Assembly: GCA_951406725.2 (NCBI GenBank)
Contig: OX597816.1
Location: 171,058,001 to 171,122,000 of the forward strand
Source: Octopus vulgaris
Lineage: Eukaryota
DNA length: 64,000 bases
Direction: 5' to 3'
The translations under genes and the position numbers were made by a program. The notes under the pieces were generated by a model. That model had not been told where the DNA came from. It searched no databases and worked only from the letters and a program-made list of their open reading frames with translations. Positions 52,086 to 64,000 of this stretch are shown one piece after another (position 1 is the stretch's first letter; each line of letters begins with the position of its first letter).

Positions 52086-52523
52086 ACCCTTAGGGGTTAG
52101 CCACATTTAAGTGTCAAATATGCTTCACGATGTCGGGCAGCTATTGTTTATACCTTGCTCAGACATTTATTATTGCTTATTTACACTTTTTCGATATCAG
52201 TGACTTTTCGTCACTGGAAAAAAGATATATATTTGCAAAGGGAGGCCTACTTTTCATCGACAACCACTGATTGTCACACGCTGATGACGGGTCAATACCC
52301 AGAAACTCGAGTGCGTGTGTATCATAGGTTGCAGACGGGAAGGATGGCTTCCCTTTGCAAATACTGATAGGGAACAGAAAATGTCTCAATAGCCAGCAGG
52401 AGGAGGTGTCCTCCTGGGGCTACAAGCTACAGTAGCATCCACCCTTAAGGGTTAGCCACATTTAAGTGGCAAATGTACCTCACGATGTCGTGCAGCTACT
52501 GTTTATACCTCACTCAGAGATTT

Positions 52524-52528
<5 letters not shown>
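52086..52528 (+). mobile_element. Retrozyme/pLTR-like partial tandem (355-bp period) containing a hammerhead
   Basis: ~88-bp imperfect direct repeats at 52086-52173 and 52441-52528, ending in (TA)n. Confidence 0.65.
52275..52319 (+). ncRNA. Type I hammerhead ribozyme motif (atypical G at position 17)
   Basis: CACACG-CTGATGA-c GGGT caat ACCC a-GAAA-CTCGAG-TG-CGTGTG; 6-bp stem I and palindromic stem III ACTCGAGT. Confidence 0.75.
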
Positions 52529-52596
<68 letters not shown>

Positions 52597-52597
52597 C

Positions 52598-52917
52598 AAG
52601 ACCCCTTTCGGTCATGAATGTCCATGGGATTGCACCTACAAAGTTACCCTCCGAGCACAAGTCCGAGCAAGGTTGCTTATGGCAGACCAGCAGTCACACA
52701 TGCATAACAGCCTCCTCTCTCCACGCCACCGACGTTATCCAAAAGCCGATACAGCTTGGCACCTGTGACGTCGCAACTCATTTCTACAGCTGAGTGAACT
52801 GAAGCAACGTGAAATAAAGTGTCTTGCTCAAGAACACAACACGCAGCCCGGTCCAGAAATCGAACTCGCAACCTCACAATCGCAAGCTTGACGCTCTAAC
52901 TACCGAGCCATGCGCCT

Positions 52918-52919
<2 letters not shown>
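52598..52919 (-). mobile_element. tRNA-derived SINE family D
   Basis: Minus strand GGCGCATGGCTCGGTAGTTAGAGCG...GAGTTCGATTTC...TTGAGCAAGACACTT; flanked by (TA)n. Confidence 0.78.
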
Positions 52920-52968
<49 letters not shown>

Positions 52969-53189
52969 AATGTCTATATATATACATATAATTCTATGTG
53001 CACATACGTACAGATATGTGTGTGTAACTGAAGTAGTGTCAAGTTAGACCAGGCATCTATGTATCATACATAATGCACATACACTGTTGACAGGCAAGTC
53101 AGTGCGGTTTTTGACCACGATAAAAATCTCTTATGAACATGCTATGTTTAGAAACAACATACACACACACGCACACAGACACACACACA

Positions 53190-53256
<67 letters not shown>

Positions 53257-53638
53257 TTATCAGTGGAAGACGTAAAATTGTCTCGGCAATAGCTAGCGAG
53301 ACGTAATTAGGCCTTCTTGGGACTAGTCAATGCCGCGCACCCTCAACCCGGCCACACGTCTAAACAAGATCTGTCACCTCTGATACGAGAAACATGGACT
53401 AATACATTCACTGTTATTGCGAATAGCCTTCAGGCTGAATAAATAATCCGGTGTACATAATTCAAGCTGCGAGTACACCGAGATGCATTTGGTATTTTTA
53501 GCATGCAGTTGCCATGACAATTTATTGTCTCCCTCCGATGTATGTTGTGTGCTTTTAAACACACCATGTATCGAAAGATATTTTCTCTGACGAAAACTGC
53601 ACTAACTTGCCAGTCAAAGGTATCTAAACATGAAGTAT

Positions 53639-54135
53639 GATACATACATACATACATACATACATACATACGTACATACATTCATACGTACATACATACA
53701 TACATACATACATTCATACATACATACATACATACATACATACATACATACATACATTCATACGTACATACATACATACATACATACATTCATGCATACA
53801 TACATACATACATACATACATACATACATACATACATACATACATACGTGCAGACATACATACATACATGCATGCAAACATACATACATACATACATACA
53901 TACATACATGCAGACATACATACATACATACATACATACATACATACATACATACATACATACATACATACATACATACATACATACATACATACATGCA
54001 GACATACATACATACATACATACATACATACATACATGCAGACATACATACATACACATACATACATACATACGTGCAGACATACATACATTCATACATA
54101 CATACATACATACATACATACACGCATACATACAT
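53639..54135. repeat. (TACA)n microsatellite array
   Basis: Direct inspection. Confidence 0.97.
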
Positions 54136-54799
54136 GTTATGTAAGTGTTGTGTGAATAACATCAAATGCAGATATGATTCGATCAAAAGCAAATCATGTT
54201 TTATTAAAACAAGGGTATCTGTATAAGAAATCTCCAGGTTTAGCGTCGGAAATGGTATTTTCCTCGAAATATAAAGCATTAATTTTCGTATTAAATAACA
54301 ATAAAATGCATATTATTTAAGACAGTATGCGACAATTTCTGAATTAAAAGTTGATTATTTCTGCCTCAAGCAACATAAAGTTGGTAGTCTTTAACAAAAC
54401 AAAATATCAAAAATAGTTGTTATCGTAACTACACATTAAATTTAGCAACACGTTGCAATAATCACTGAAGTTGTTTAAAGGATGCGTTTTCTTAACACTC
54501 AAGAACACGACACCAAAAAAATATGTGGAAAGCTGACGCTAAGATTTCTAAAAGTTATTTATCCCCCCAAAAGTGTGCATTTTAAATGATGATTTTGGCA
54601 TACATCATGTTGTGGTTATTTCTGTATTACAATTAGATTTAACGGAGAATTTCCAATGTTTTAAGAATGGAACAAAAGAAGTATTTAAAATATGTCTGGA
54701 TTTTATTTCTATCAAGTGGGATATTTATTTATTGGGATATATTTATTTCTATCAGAAGGGATATTAAAATTAAAGGATATACAAAAGCTATTAAACACT

Positions 54800-55800
54800 G
54801 ATTTTCTTAGTAGAGATACTATTTAGAGGTTTGGCGACAACTTTTCTCCAATCTCATGTCTTAGGATTCTTACCGCATACGGGTTGGCAGATTTTGCAAG
54901 TTGAAAATATATGCCTCCGTTTCAGCATCCTTCACATCTTATGTAGCATTACACCAATTACCACAGAAACAATTGTTATATTTGACTTCTACATATTTCT
55001 CAATTTTCTCAATTTTCTCAATTTCTTTCATAGCTACCCTATAACCATAAACGGTTTCCTTCTTCCAATAGTATGGCTAGTCTTATGGAAATCAGATAAA
55101 ATTTTGTACTTATTATTCTCTGTCTCTGCCTCTGTTTCATGTTCACACCACTTCCACATCACCACTAACTTTGTTAGAATCCCATTGCACACTTTTATCT
55201 ATAGAAGATCTGAGCTTAAACTCTTTCTGTACTGGATTACTGCATTCGCTTAAGAGATGGTTGATATTCTCGTCTCCTTTTCCACAGATTCTAAGCTTGT
55301 TCTGTTAAATTCGTTCTAACAGCTTGTTCATGAGCAGCTATAATTAGCGGTTCGGTTTTTCCTTTCAGGTTTCCACGGTCAGTCACAACCAGAGTTCTTT
55401 ACTGCCAACATTTTCAGTTTGCAGCATGAATCGGCTCCTGTTTGAAGCATTTTGTTCGTTGGCTTTTTCCTATTGAACACTTTGGTTGTTATAGTGACTT
55501 TTTGGACATTTGTGGTTGCAGTTTTCTGGGGTTTTTTTCACTATGCACAATGCTGTACTGATGATGTCTTCTGTGTTTAACAAACTTCTGCCTCCTTCTT
55601 TTCCTGATCAGTATAGCATGTCGATATTACTTTTAAGATGATGCTTTTTATGCATTGTGAATATGTTCCTCGCTCATCTATTGAATTTATATAGCTCTGG
55701 CTTAGTCCACTTCAGAAAAAGAGCAGAATATCTCATCATTAGCAATGGCACACATTTTAATTGCCTTCATTATATTCCTTCTGTCTAGTTTTCTTTTGAA
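54800..55800 (-). pseudogene. Degenerate R4/Dong-like LINE C-terminal region
   Basis: Minus strand RKEGGRSLLNTEDII, GNLKGKTEPLIIAAHEQAVRTN and RICGKGDENINHLLSEC (CCHC knuckle). Confidence 0.7.
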
Positions 55801-56151
55801 GGCCTCCCCAATCCTTAACTTATACTCTTTGGAAACTTTCTCATTTCTCTTCCAACATTACTTCTATTATCATTACTACTACTTCTATTATCATTACTAC
55901 TACTACTACTACTACTACTAAAGCGGCGAGCTGGCAGAATCGTTACCGCACGGACGATATGCTTGGTAGTATTTCTTCCGGTTTTACACTCTGAGCTCAA
56001 ATGTCACTGCAGTCGATTTTTCTTTTCATCCTTTCGGGATCGAAATGACAAGTGCCAGCTGAGCAATGGGATCGATGTAATTGACTAAGCCTCTACCCAC
56101 AAATTTCAGGCTTTTGCTTATTATTATTTTTATTATTATTATTATTATTAT

Positions 56152-56630
56152 TGAGTGAGAGAGCAGTGCATGCCATCAAAGTGACACTGGGGTAAAATAT
56201 ACGAAACCCAGTATACCCATCATGACTACCCGTCTGATAAGGGTACACCAGGCACATGCATCACAACCATATGTGCGCGACATGGTGATCTCATATCAAG
56301 ATAAACAGCACATGACCTTCCAGGTGGGGCCCAGTTAGAATTTTCTTCAGGTTGAGTAGCCCATCCCGCTCAAACGGTCCCTGAATAAGGGTTGTTTAAG
56401 GATGTTGAAAGAACCACCCATGTTTCCAGAGGTGAATTATTCAAACCCCAAAGAATCCCTCTCAACACATGGCTATGATGCTCCCCCACTACTTCTGCTC
56501 GTGATCAGAGATGCACATATCGTCAGCCACTAAGGGACATGCTCAACTGGTTAAGGTCAAACAACTGACAAGCAAATCTGTGGTATTGAGCAGAATATTT
56601 GCTGTAGCCCATCTTTTATACCAAGACAAA
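56152..56630 (-). mobile_element. Second copy of the (TAA)n-embedded repeat
   Basis: Reverse complement of ~25690-26169; (ATT)n on both sides. Confidence 0.78.
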
Positions 56631-56645
56631 ACACAAAACAAAACA

Positions 56646-56704
<59 letters not shown>

Positions 56705-57229
56705 GGCGGTAAGCTGGAAGAATCGTTAGCATGCTGGACGAAAAACTTAGCAGTATTTCGCCCGTCGCTACGTTCTGAGTTCAAATTCGACCGATTTCGA
56801 CTTTGACTTTCATCCTTTCGAGATCGATAAAATAAGTACCAGTAAAACACTGGGGTTGATGTAATCGTCTAGTCCCGTCCCCCACAAATTTCATGCCTTG
56901 TATCTTTAGTAGAAAGGATTATTATCTTTATTATTATTAATGTTCTGAGGCAGTCGAATTCCCCATTTGACTCTCTCATACCGTAGATTGTTACCAGATT
57001 AAACGATGCTAAATAAAATTAAAGTATAATTTTTGATCAGAGAAATTAAGAATTTAGCTATTCACATTAAATCTACTCCATTTGCAGAAAAACTGTTTAT
57101 TAGGGAAGAAACCTCTTTTTCTCTACCATTCTATGAATAAACATTCAAAATCCCTACAGTGTTTAGATATGCTTCCACAAGATGTAGCAGCAACATCCGC
57201 AACAAAAAAAGGCAAAAACTTTTTGAGAT

Positions 57230-57910
57230 TATAACTCGAATATGTGCAGAAAGCTTTCGTGGTTATGCGCGCTTTCCGGGCAGGCCCTTCTGACGGTACT
57301 TCCTTGCTTGTGGTAGATTTAACTCAAACTGGTTGCGCACTTTGGTAGCACTACCAAGTCAGGGGGCTTCTTAAAATTATCCATAGCATATCCCGATCAA
57401 AATTTCCCCACACACAGGTACAAGCGCGCGCACTCGAACAGAGTAGCCAATTCGTTTCTTTCTTTCCTTTTTTTTTTTTTTTCTTGTCAAACTCTCCTCG
57501 AAAACGTTGTCACTTTTCTCCGCCATTAAATTGATAAAGTGGAACATCCACCGATCCCAACAGATGTAGGGCGGTAAGCAAGTGGCAACATTCTATATGC
57601 CAGGTACTCTGCCTCTGTCTTTTCTTCATCCAGAACCGTAGCTCCGTCAAGCAAATGAACTGCGGAAAGACGTGCCTCATGAAAGGTGCCGATGCAGGTG
57701 ACACAACCTCAGCGCTTGTCCGTGCATCAAGCCGCTGCGCAGAGGATGCTGCAACAAGGCAAAAACGCATTCCTTCGACAAGAAATTAAATAACTGACGC
57801 TCCAATTTTATTAGGCGGCAGCTGAGGTAATGCACAGCGGTCAGGCAGTGACAGCGGTCACCTCTACCCGATCTTTCAAGTACAGCCTTCTCTCGGGCCA
57901 TTTTTCTAAG
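57230..57910 (-). pseudogene. Degenerate L1/Tx1-like LINE fragment
   Basis: KWPERRLYLKDRVEV..., LERQLFNFL..., and MDNFKKPLTW*CYQSAQPV collinear with 27700-27880. Confidence 0.65.
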
Positions 57911-58689
57911 TTTCCATGTTTGTCACCTTGAGGTGGTGATGCTGTTGCTTTTGTTCAGGAATCTGTATCTGTGGCTGTTTCTATTCGAATTGTTTTCAGT
58001 TTGTGTTCCCCTACTCCATTTTGTTGTCATTCTCATAACATCATTATCAAATTCAGGTCCCGTGTCTGGAACGATGGTTGAATTTTCTTAGATAAAAATC
58101 TCTCATTTCTTCTACTATACTCTTTCTCACTCTCTCACTCTTAGTCTGTAGGTGTCGAACTTTATTATTTCATTGCTTGTTGCCGTCTTTGCCAGATAGT
58201 AAAAGCCAACGTTTTTCTCATTACTTCAGATTCACTGATCTGATATTTTTGACAGAATTATGTCAAATGACATAATTTTCATATTCACATTGGACTACAA
58301 ATGATTAATGAATGAATGTTAACTTCACTAACTCCAAGTCAAGTCTGCCAAGAATTTTTTTATCCCCAAATGGTTATAATACAATTCAAATCCTTTGCGA
58401 CATATGTATGTGTGTCTGTTTGTGTGAGTTTATTTAGTTTTTCATATATTTCTATATGTATGGATGCGTAAAAGTAAATTATGCGTATACGAACAAATAC
58501 ACATATAAATCTTTGTATATTCATACTCGTGTTCATAATCACATTAATATAGTTGCGATCTGGCATGTGTATGTATACTCACAAAATCAAAAACACACAT
58601 ATGTGTTCATATTTTCAATTATATACACACACCTGTACATGTGTATGTATAAATCTACGCAAATGAATATATATGCGTGTGTGTGTGTA

Positions 58690-59207
58690 TAATCAAGATA
58701 CTAAACAGTACACGGCATTACTAGAAATAGTAGTCAAACGGCTCAAGAACCACACTTATATACACACTGGTGAATTCGAGGAAAACGAGAATATAATACG
58801 CCATCTTACCAATAGCGAGTAAAATTCGCAAATGAGTTGCAGAAGTACTCATATCACGTGATTTCGAACCCTGTGATAAACACTTAGTCTTTGTCAGTGA
58901 GTATTCCTGCCGAGGGCTAAAATACTCGCGTCACCATGTATGTATTGACCATATAAACGCAGCGGCAATTTCAAAATGATCGAAATGAATAAAATTATAA
59001 AAATATATAAAGATATTATTAGTCAGAAATCACGTGATATGAGAACGTTTGCAACTCATCTGCGATTTTTACTCGCTATTGGTAACATGGTTTTTTATAT
59101 ACTCGTTTTCCTCAAATTCCCCAGTGTGTATATAAGTCATTTACTGTGGTTCTTGGGCCGTTTGACTCCAGTTTCTAGCAATGCTGTGTACTCTAGTACC
59201 TTGATTA
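58690..59207. mobile_element. Foldback MITE with ~178-bp imperfect TIRs
   Basis: TA|TAATCAAG...GTCAAACGGCTCAAGAACCAC...TCACGTGATTTC versus its reverse complement at 59025-59207 ...CTTGATTA|TA. Confidence 0.82.
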
Positions 59208-59504
59208 TAAATTAATAATTTTAACTTTTTGGTTATTTTATGCTTATATACACTCACACATATATATATATATATGGAGAGAGAGAGAGGGAGAGAGAGA
59301 GTATATATACATGTGTATGTATGTATAATCTATCTATATATGTGTGTGTGTATTTATGTGTATGTAATTGTTAAGTTTATTTCAAGAACAATGATGTATG
59401 TAGGTAGGTATGTATGTGTGTATATCTGCAGATTTGTATATGTTATGCTTTATCTATGTATTCTCATGCCTATAGTTGCATATATAGACATGCTCATATA
59501 TATT

Positions 59505-60075
59505 TAAATGATAAACTTCTGGAAAGTTTTACAGATTTTTACAGTTCCAGTGATGGATTGGAGCCGTAGTCTTCAAGTCAACTTTCTCCTTTCTGGTTTT
59601 GAGAAGCCTAATTTCTCAAGATTGGTATCTAGGCAGTGTGTTACATATCACGTGGCTCCAATAATTACAGGTATAAACCTGAACTTGTAATCTGGAAAGA
59701 GTAACTGTAGATTTCCCAAGGCATTCTCTTTTTCACTGATCTTCAGCTTCATGTTAACATCCACTGGCCAGCTAATTTACACAACTGTACACAGTTTCTC
59801 TTCTCTATCTCAAATCATTATATCAGGTCTGTTGTGCTTATATTTTATTGAGGTTTACACTAGGGCATTCCACCATTACACCATTTCATTATGAGTGACC
59901 ATGGATTCTACCATACTGTGGGTTCTTATTTCTTTGTCCTCAGGGTTATCCTTCCGACGAATTTCATTATAGAGTATCCTAGCTACAACATCATGTCTCA
60001 TCGGACAACTGCTTATGATGTGGGTGATATCTTCGCTGTTAACTCCACAAATTCTACATCGGTTGTCAAATTTTA
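59505..60075 (-). pseudogene. R4/Dong-like LINE restriction-like endonuclease domain
   Basis: CRICGVNSEDITHIISSC..RHDVVA...HNRPDIMI*DREEKLCTVV*IS.P...FIPVIIGA. Confidence 0.85.
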
Positions 60076-60350
60076 TTGCATCTCAATCCCTTGTATGTAT
60101 GTATGTATATTTGTATGTATGTATGTACTTGAGGTGCAAAAGAACATATAGATAGAAGGTACATACTATAAGTTCTCCGACAAAAACAAATGTTTCAATT
60201 TCAATGTCAAGTGCAGGGATGCGGGATCCGCAGAAACAAGAGTTGACTCAGTAATGTAGTATTCTAGCTGTTTTATAAATAGGCATAATGCACAGGCCTA
60301 CTTCTAATTTTCCCCTATCTCAGAAGCAGAAGTAAAGTACTAAATGAGGC

Positions 60351-60640
60351 TAGAAAATGCTAAAATAAATTTTAAAAACATTTCAAAGTCTAAATGACTG
60401 AAACCGGTACTCTTTTACTTGTTTCAGTCATTTGACTGCGGCCATGCTGGAGCACCGCCTTTTGATGAAAGGCAAAGTCGACCCCGGCAGAATTTGAACT
60501 CAGAACGTGAGGACAGACGAAATGCCGTTGAGCATTTCGCCCGGCGTGTTAACGTTTCTGCCAGTTCGCCGCCTCCGTACTGAAATATTTTTTATAAAAT
60601 TATTTTAGTATTTTCTATCTTGACTTTTTTCCATATCTAT
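60351..60640 (+). mobile_element. Miniature remnant of the Neptune PLE 3' end, split by a chimeric SINE (60412-60576)
   Basis: GTCTAAATGACTGAAACCGGTACT + GTACTGAAATATTTTTTATAAAATTATTTTAGTATTTTCTAT resembles 20193-20275. Confidence 0.65.
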
Positions 60641-60696
60641 ATCCATATATATATATATATATGCACAGACAGAGAGAGATAGAGAATAGAGAGAGA

Positions 60697-61870
60697 GGGG
60701 GTGCGATGTAAATTGTCGCCATTTTATTTTTTCACGCGTGCGCATTGGTTTTTCATTTTCTCGACTTCCAGAAATTTAGAAATGACATGCTGTACAGTTT
60801 GGCATTCGCGTTGGAAGCTCCAATACGAACATTTCAGAGTGTTTGGGTGTCAATCTAAGGACAGTGCAGAGAATTCGAAAGAGTTTGATAAGTCTAATGA
60901 TGATTACGAAGGTGCGGCAGCTCTGAAAACTCCCTCAGATCGTTCTGATAAGAAAAGAACTCCTGAATTTGTTGGTGAGATCCAGACCATGATTGACAAC
61001 GCTCCCTCCAAGTCACTTAAGTTCATCGCCAGGCACATTGGGGTGTCTGAGTTTCTTACCAGGCGGGAAGTGCATGAAGACATTCGGTATTCCTCATACA
61101 AGATGAGAAAGGATCAATTTTTATTCCAATCCATCAACGACAAGAGGAAAGACCGCTGCTACGAAGCTTTTGAACAAACTCAAGCTTCCCCTCCAACCAA
61201 ACATGCTTTGGTTTTTCTCAGACGAGAAAAATTTCTGCCAGGATCAGATGGGGAACACACAGAACAACCGTTGGCTACCCGTGTCCCCAAAACATGTACC
61301 GAGAATCTTAAAAATGAAACATCCAGTCAACATCATAATGTTTGGAGTGATCACTAATGATGGCGGCGTTATGCCTCCATTCGTCTTCCTACACGGCCTC
61401 ACACTCAACACGGAGGCCTACATCAAGTGCCTGGAGGAGGTAGTGCTGCCCTGGGTCAAGAGGGTAGCTGCTGGAAGACCCTATACCTAGCAACAGGGCT
61501 CTACACCATGCCAAACAAGCAGGAGAATCTAGTCATGGCTGTCAGACAATCTCTGTGACTACATCAAACCTTAACATCTGACCACCTAACTTTATGTGTG
61601 GGGCGCAGTTGAGCAAGAGACCAACAAAACTCCTTGTAACACTAGAAATGAACTGAAGGCAAGAATTATGGCAACATTCACCAACTTAAACAAGGAGATA
61701 ATTGTCTGGAGGCCGTAGTTGAAGTCAATGGAGATTTTATTGAATAAATTTACTCTTTAGTATTTCAGGATATTTTAATGTAATTTTGGTAAATATATCT
61801 GTTAAAGTGAGATGTGAGTGTTATTTTCATTTTTGTGTAATTTAGGCGACAATTTATTCCTCGCACCCTG
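60697..61870 (+). mobile_element. maT-type (DD37D family) transposon, defective
   Basis: TIRs GGGTGCGATGTAAATTGTCGCC / GGCGACAATTTATTCCTCGCACCCTG|TA; WFFSDEKNF..N.QNNRW and KHPVNIIMFGVITNDGGVMPPFVF; homologous to 5729-6976. Confidence 0.85.
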
Positions 61871-62687
61871 TATATATATATAGAGAGGGGGGAAGAGGGG
61901 AGGGAGAGAAAGGGTTAAATACATACATATATATATATATATATAAACATACATGCATACATACATAAATACATAATAAATACATATATACACAGGAACA
62001 CGCACGTCACACACACTTGTACATGCACAATCGCTTTGCTTCTTAAAATAATCCAATTGTTATTCCAAGAAAGTAAGAAGTGTAAAAAATGCAAAAGATG
62101 TTGTTGATACACGAAAAGTTCAGAAATGTTCAAAGGCAAGTCAAATTGAAGCAATTTTTCTCACAAATTAATGAAAGAAAATGACTCATCATTTCAGAAT
62201 ACTTTGATGTTGCAAAAGTCTTTCCTTCGTGACATATAAGCTGGCTTCTCTTCAAGCAAGTATTGATCAAGAAACACGAACACAGTGTTATAAATATTAT
62301 TCCTGTCATAAGATCAATAAAATACCATACATAACATTTATTTGTACTCTAAGGACAACGACAACTGGAAACAGCATTGAATTAATTTGCATTTTCTTTT
62401 TCTTACATTTCATGGCCTTCCATGCCATGATTCTCACCCGCATCGGATCAATGTTTACTTTCAGATATTACCCTTTCCGATGAAATGTGAGTCACAGCTG
62501 ACTTAATACCCGAGAAACTGGTCCGAAGTCTATCAATCAAAGACGTTGTACTGCATTGCATCAATAACAAGACAAAAAAGACACTTAGATTTCATTGGCT
62601 AGACATAGGTATGGCAGTAGAGTTGTTAAGAAGATCGAATCACATCATTTTTGAACTGGGCCCATGGTTGTAAGGGTTTAAAAGATA

Positions 62688-62915
62688 GCGAGCTGGCAGA
62701 GACGTAAGCGCGCCGGACGAAATGCTTTGTGGTATTTCGTCTGTCTTTACGTTCTGAGTTCAAATTCCGCCGAGGTCGACTTTGCCTTTCATCCTTTCGG
62801 GGTCGATTAAATAAGTACCAGTTACGCACTGGGGTCGATATAATCGACTTAATCCCTTTGTCTGTCCTTGTTTGTCCCTTCTTTGTTTAGCCCCTTGTGG
62901 GTAGTAAAGAAATAG
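62688..62915 (+). mobile_element. SINE family C
   Basis: GCGAGCTGGCAGA...CCCCTTGTGGGTAGTAAAGAAATAG. Confidence 0.88.
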
Positions 62916-63114
62916 AAATAAGTATTTCGTCTGTCGTAACAAATTCGAACTGATCGAATCTATACATAGGTATGGCAGTAGAGTTGTTAAGAAGATCGAA
63001 TCACATCATTTTGAACTGGGGGTTCTGCTAAAAATAGCTTTCGGTCAAGTAAGGGACGCCGTATGAGCAGAATTTACTGGACGAAACTGATTTTCTGCGA
63101 AATATCTGTAGCTC

Positions 63115-63319
<205 letters not shown>

Positions 63320-63339
63320 ATTCTCAAAAACTAATCAGA

Positions 63340-64000
63340 GCTCTACATAATTTATAGCCTTGCATACGGTTGATAAGACAGTATGTCAAACATATCGTCA
63401 GTCTTCTGGAAGATGATGCACTCTGGGATGCCACTATGACAGAGGCACAAATGTGCAAGTCTCCTATGCAGCTGAGAAACCTCTTCTCCATCATGCTGGT
63501 GAACTGCAGATTGTCAAATCCAAACCAACTTTGGTTCAAAACAAGGAGGGGTTTTCTGAAGACATCCTTCAAAAAATTCAATATCAGTGTAACATCTTCA
63601 ATGAGGCTTGAAAATTAACAGACGACAAAGTTCGATCACTCGGTGGAAACAAACTTGAAATCTGTGGTCTTCCAGCTCCTGTCAAAGATTTTCAACACAG
63701 ATTAGCACAAGAGATAATCAGGGAAACATCATACAAGGAAAGTTTGCAAGTAGTTGTCAATGAAAAGGAACCAATTCTGGTACAGGACCAAAAAGAGGTA
63801 TACTGGCAAATTCTTACTGGTGGGGGTCTTTGTCTTAGATGCTCCTGGAGTCACAGGAAAGACTCTATTGATCAGCCTGCTCCTTGCCAACGTGAGACAG
63901 AAGAAGAAGATTGCTCCGGCTGTTGCATCCTCTGGAATTGCAGCCACACACCTAACAGGTGGAAGAAGAGCCCATTCATTATTCAAGCTGCCTCTGAACT
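63340..64000 (+). pseudogene. Helitron RepHel PIF1-like helicase fragment, frameshifted, runs off the window
   Basis: LLEDDALWDATMTEA...SPMQLRNLFSIMLVNC..SNPNQLW, then VLDAPGVTGKT (Walker A) and AVASSGIAATHLTGGRRAHSLFKLPL. Confidence 0.9.

Noticed and set aside
53630-54279. Long ORFs such as HTYI/MYVC repeats (also YIYI, LSIY, CVCV, poly-N/K/E elsewhere)
   Set aside because: Translations of stop-free microsatellites, not genes

Overview
AT-rich eukaryotic repeat-dense DNA (intergenic or intronic). The SINE families and microsatellite load suggest an octopus/coleoid cephalopod genome (inference from recall, not a search). No intact host gene is evident, and most long ORFs in the track are microsatellite artefacts. 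The window is a mosaic of mobile elements: (1) a young, 5'-truncated Penelope-like element (PLE; RT + Zn-linker + GIY-YIG, Neptune type) with a ~1.2 kb inverted copy of its 3' end (15720-20310); (2) mariner DD34D and maT DD37D elements, a Chapaev3-like CMC transposon, and piggyBac-like and Merlin-like MITEs; (3) five non-autonomous Helitrons plus a Helitron helicase fragment; (4) RTE, L1/Tx1, CR1/L2-like and R4/Dong-like LINE fragments; (5) at least four tRNA-SINE families. The most notable hidden signal is a set of type I hammerhead ribozyme motifs of four different architectures. One is a U3:A8 covariant in both PLE arms, one has a long stem II, one is minimal, and one lies in a 355-bp partial-tandem retrozyme-like unit. 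Nearly all sit in segments bordered by (TA)n microsatellites.
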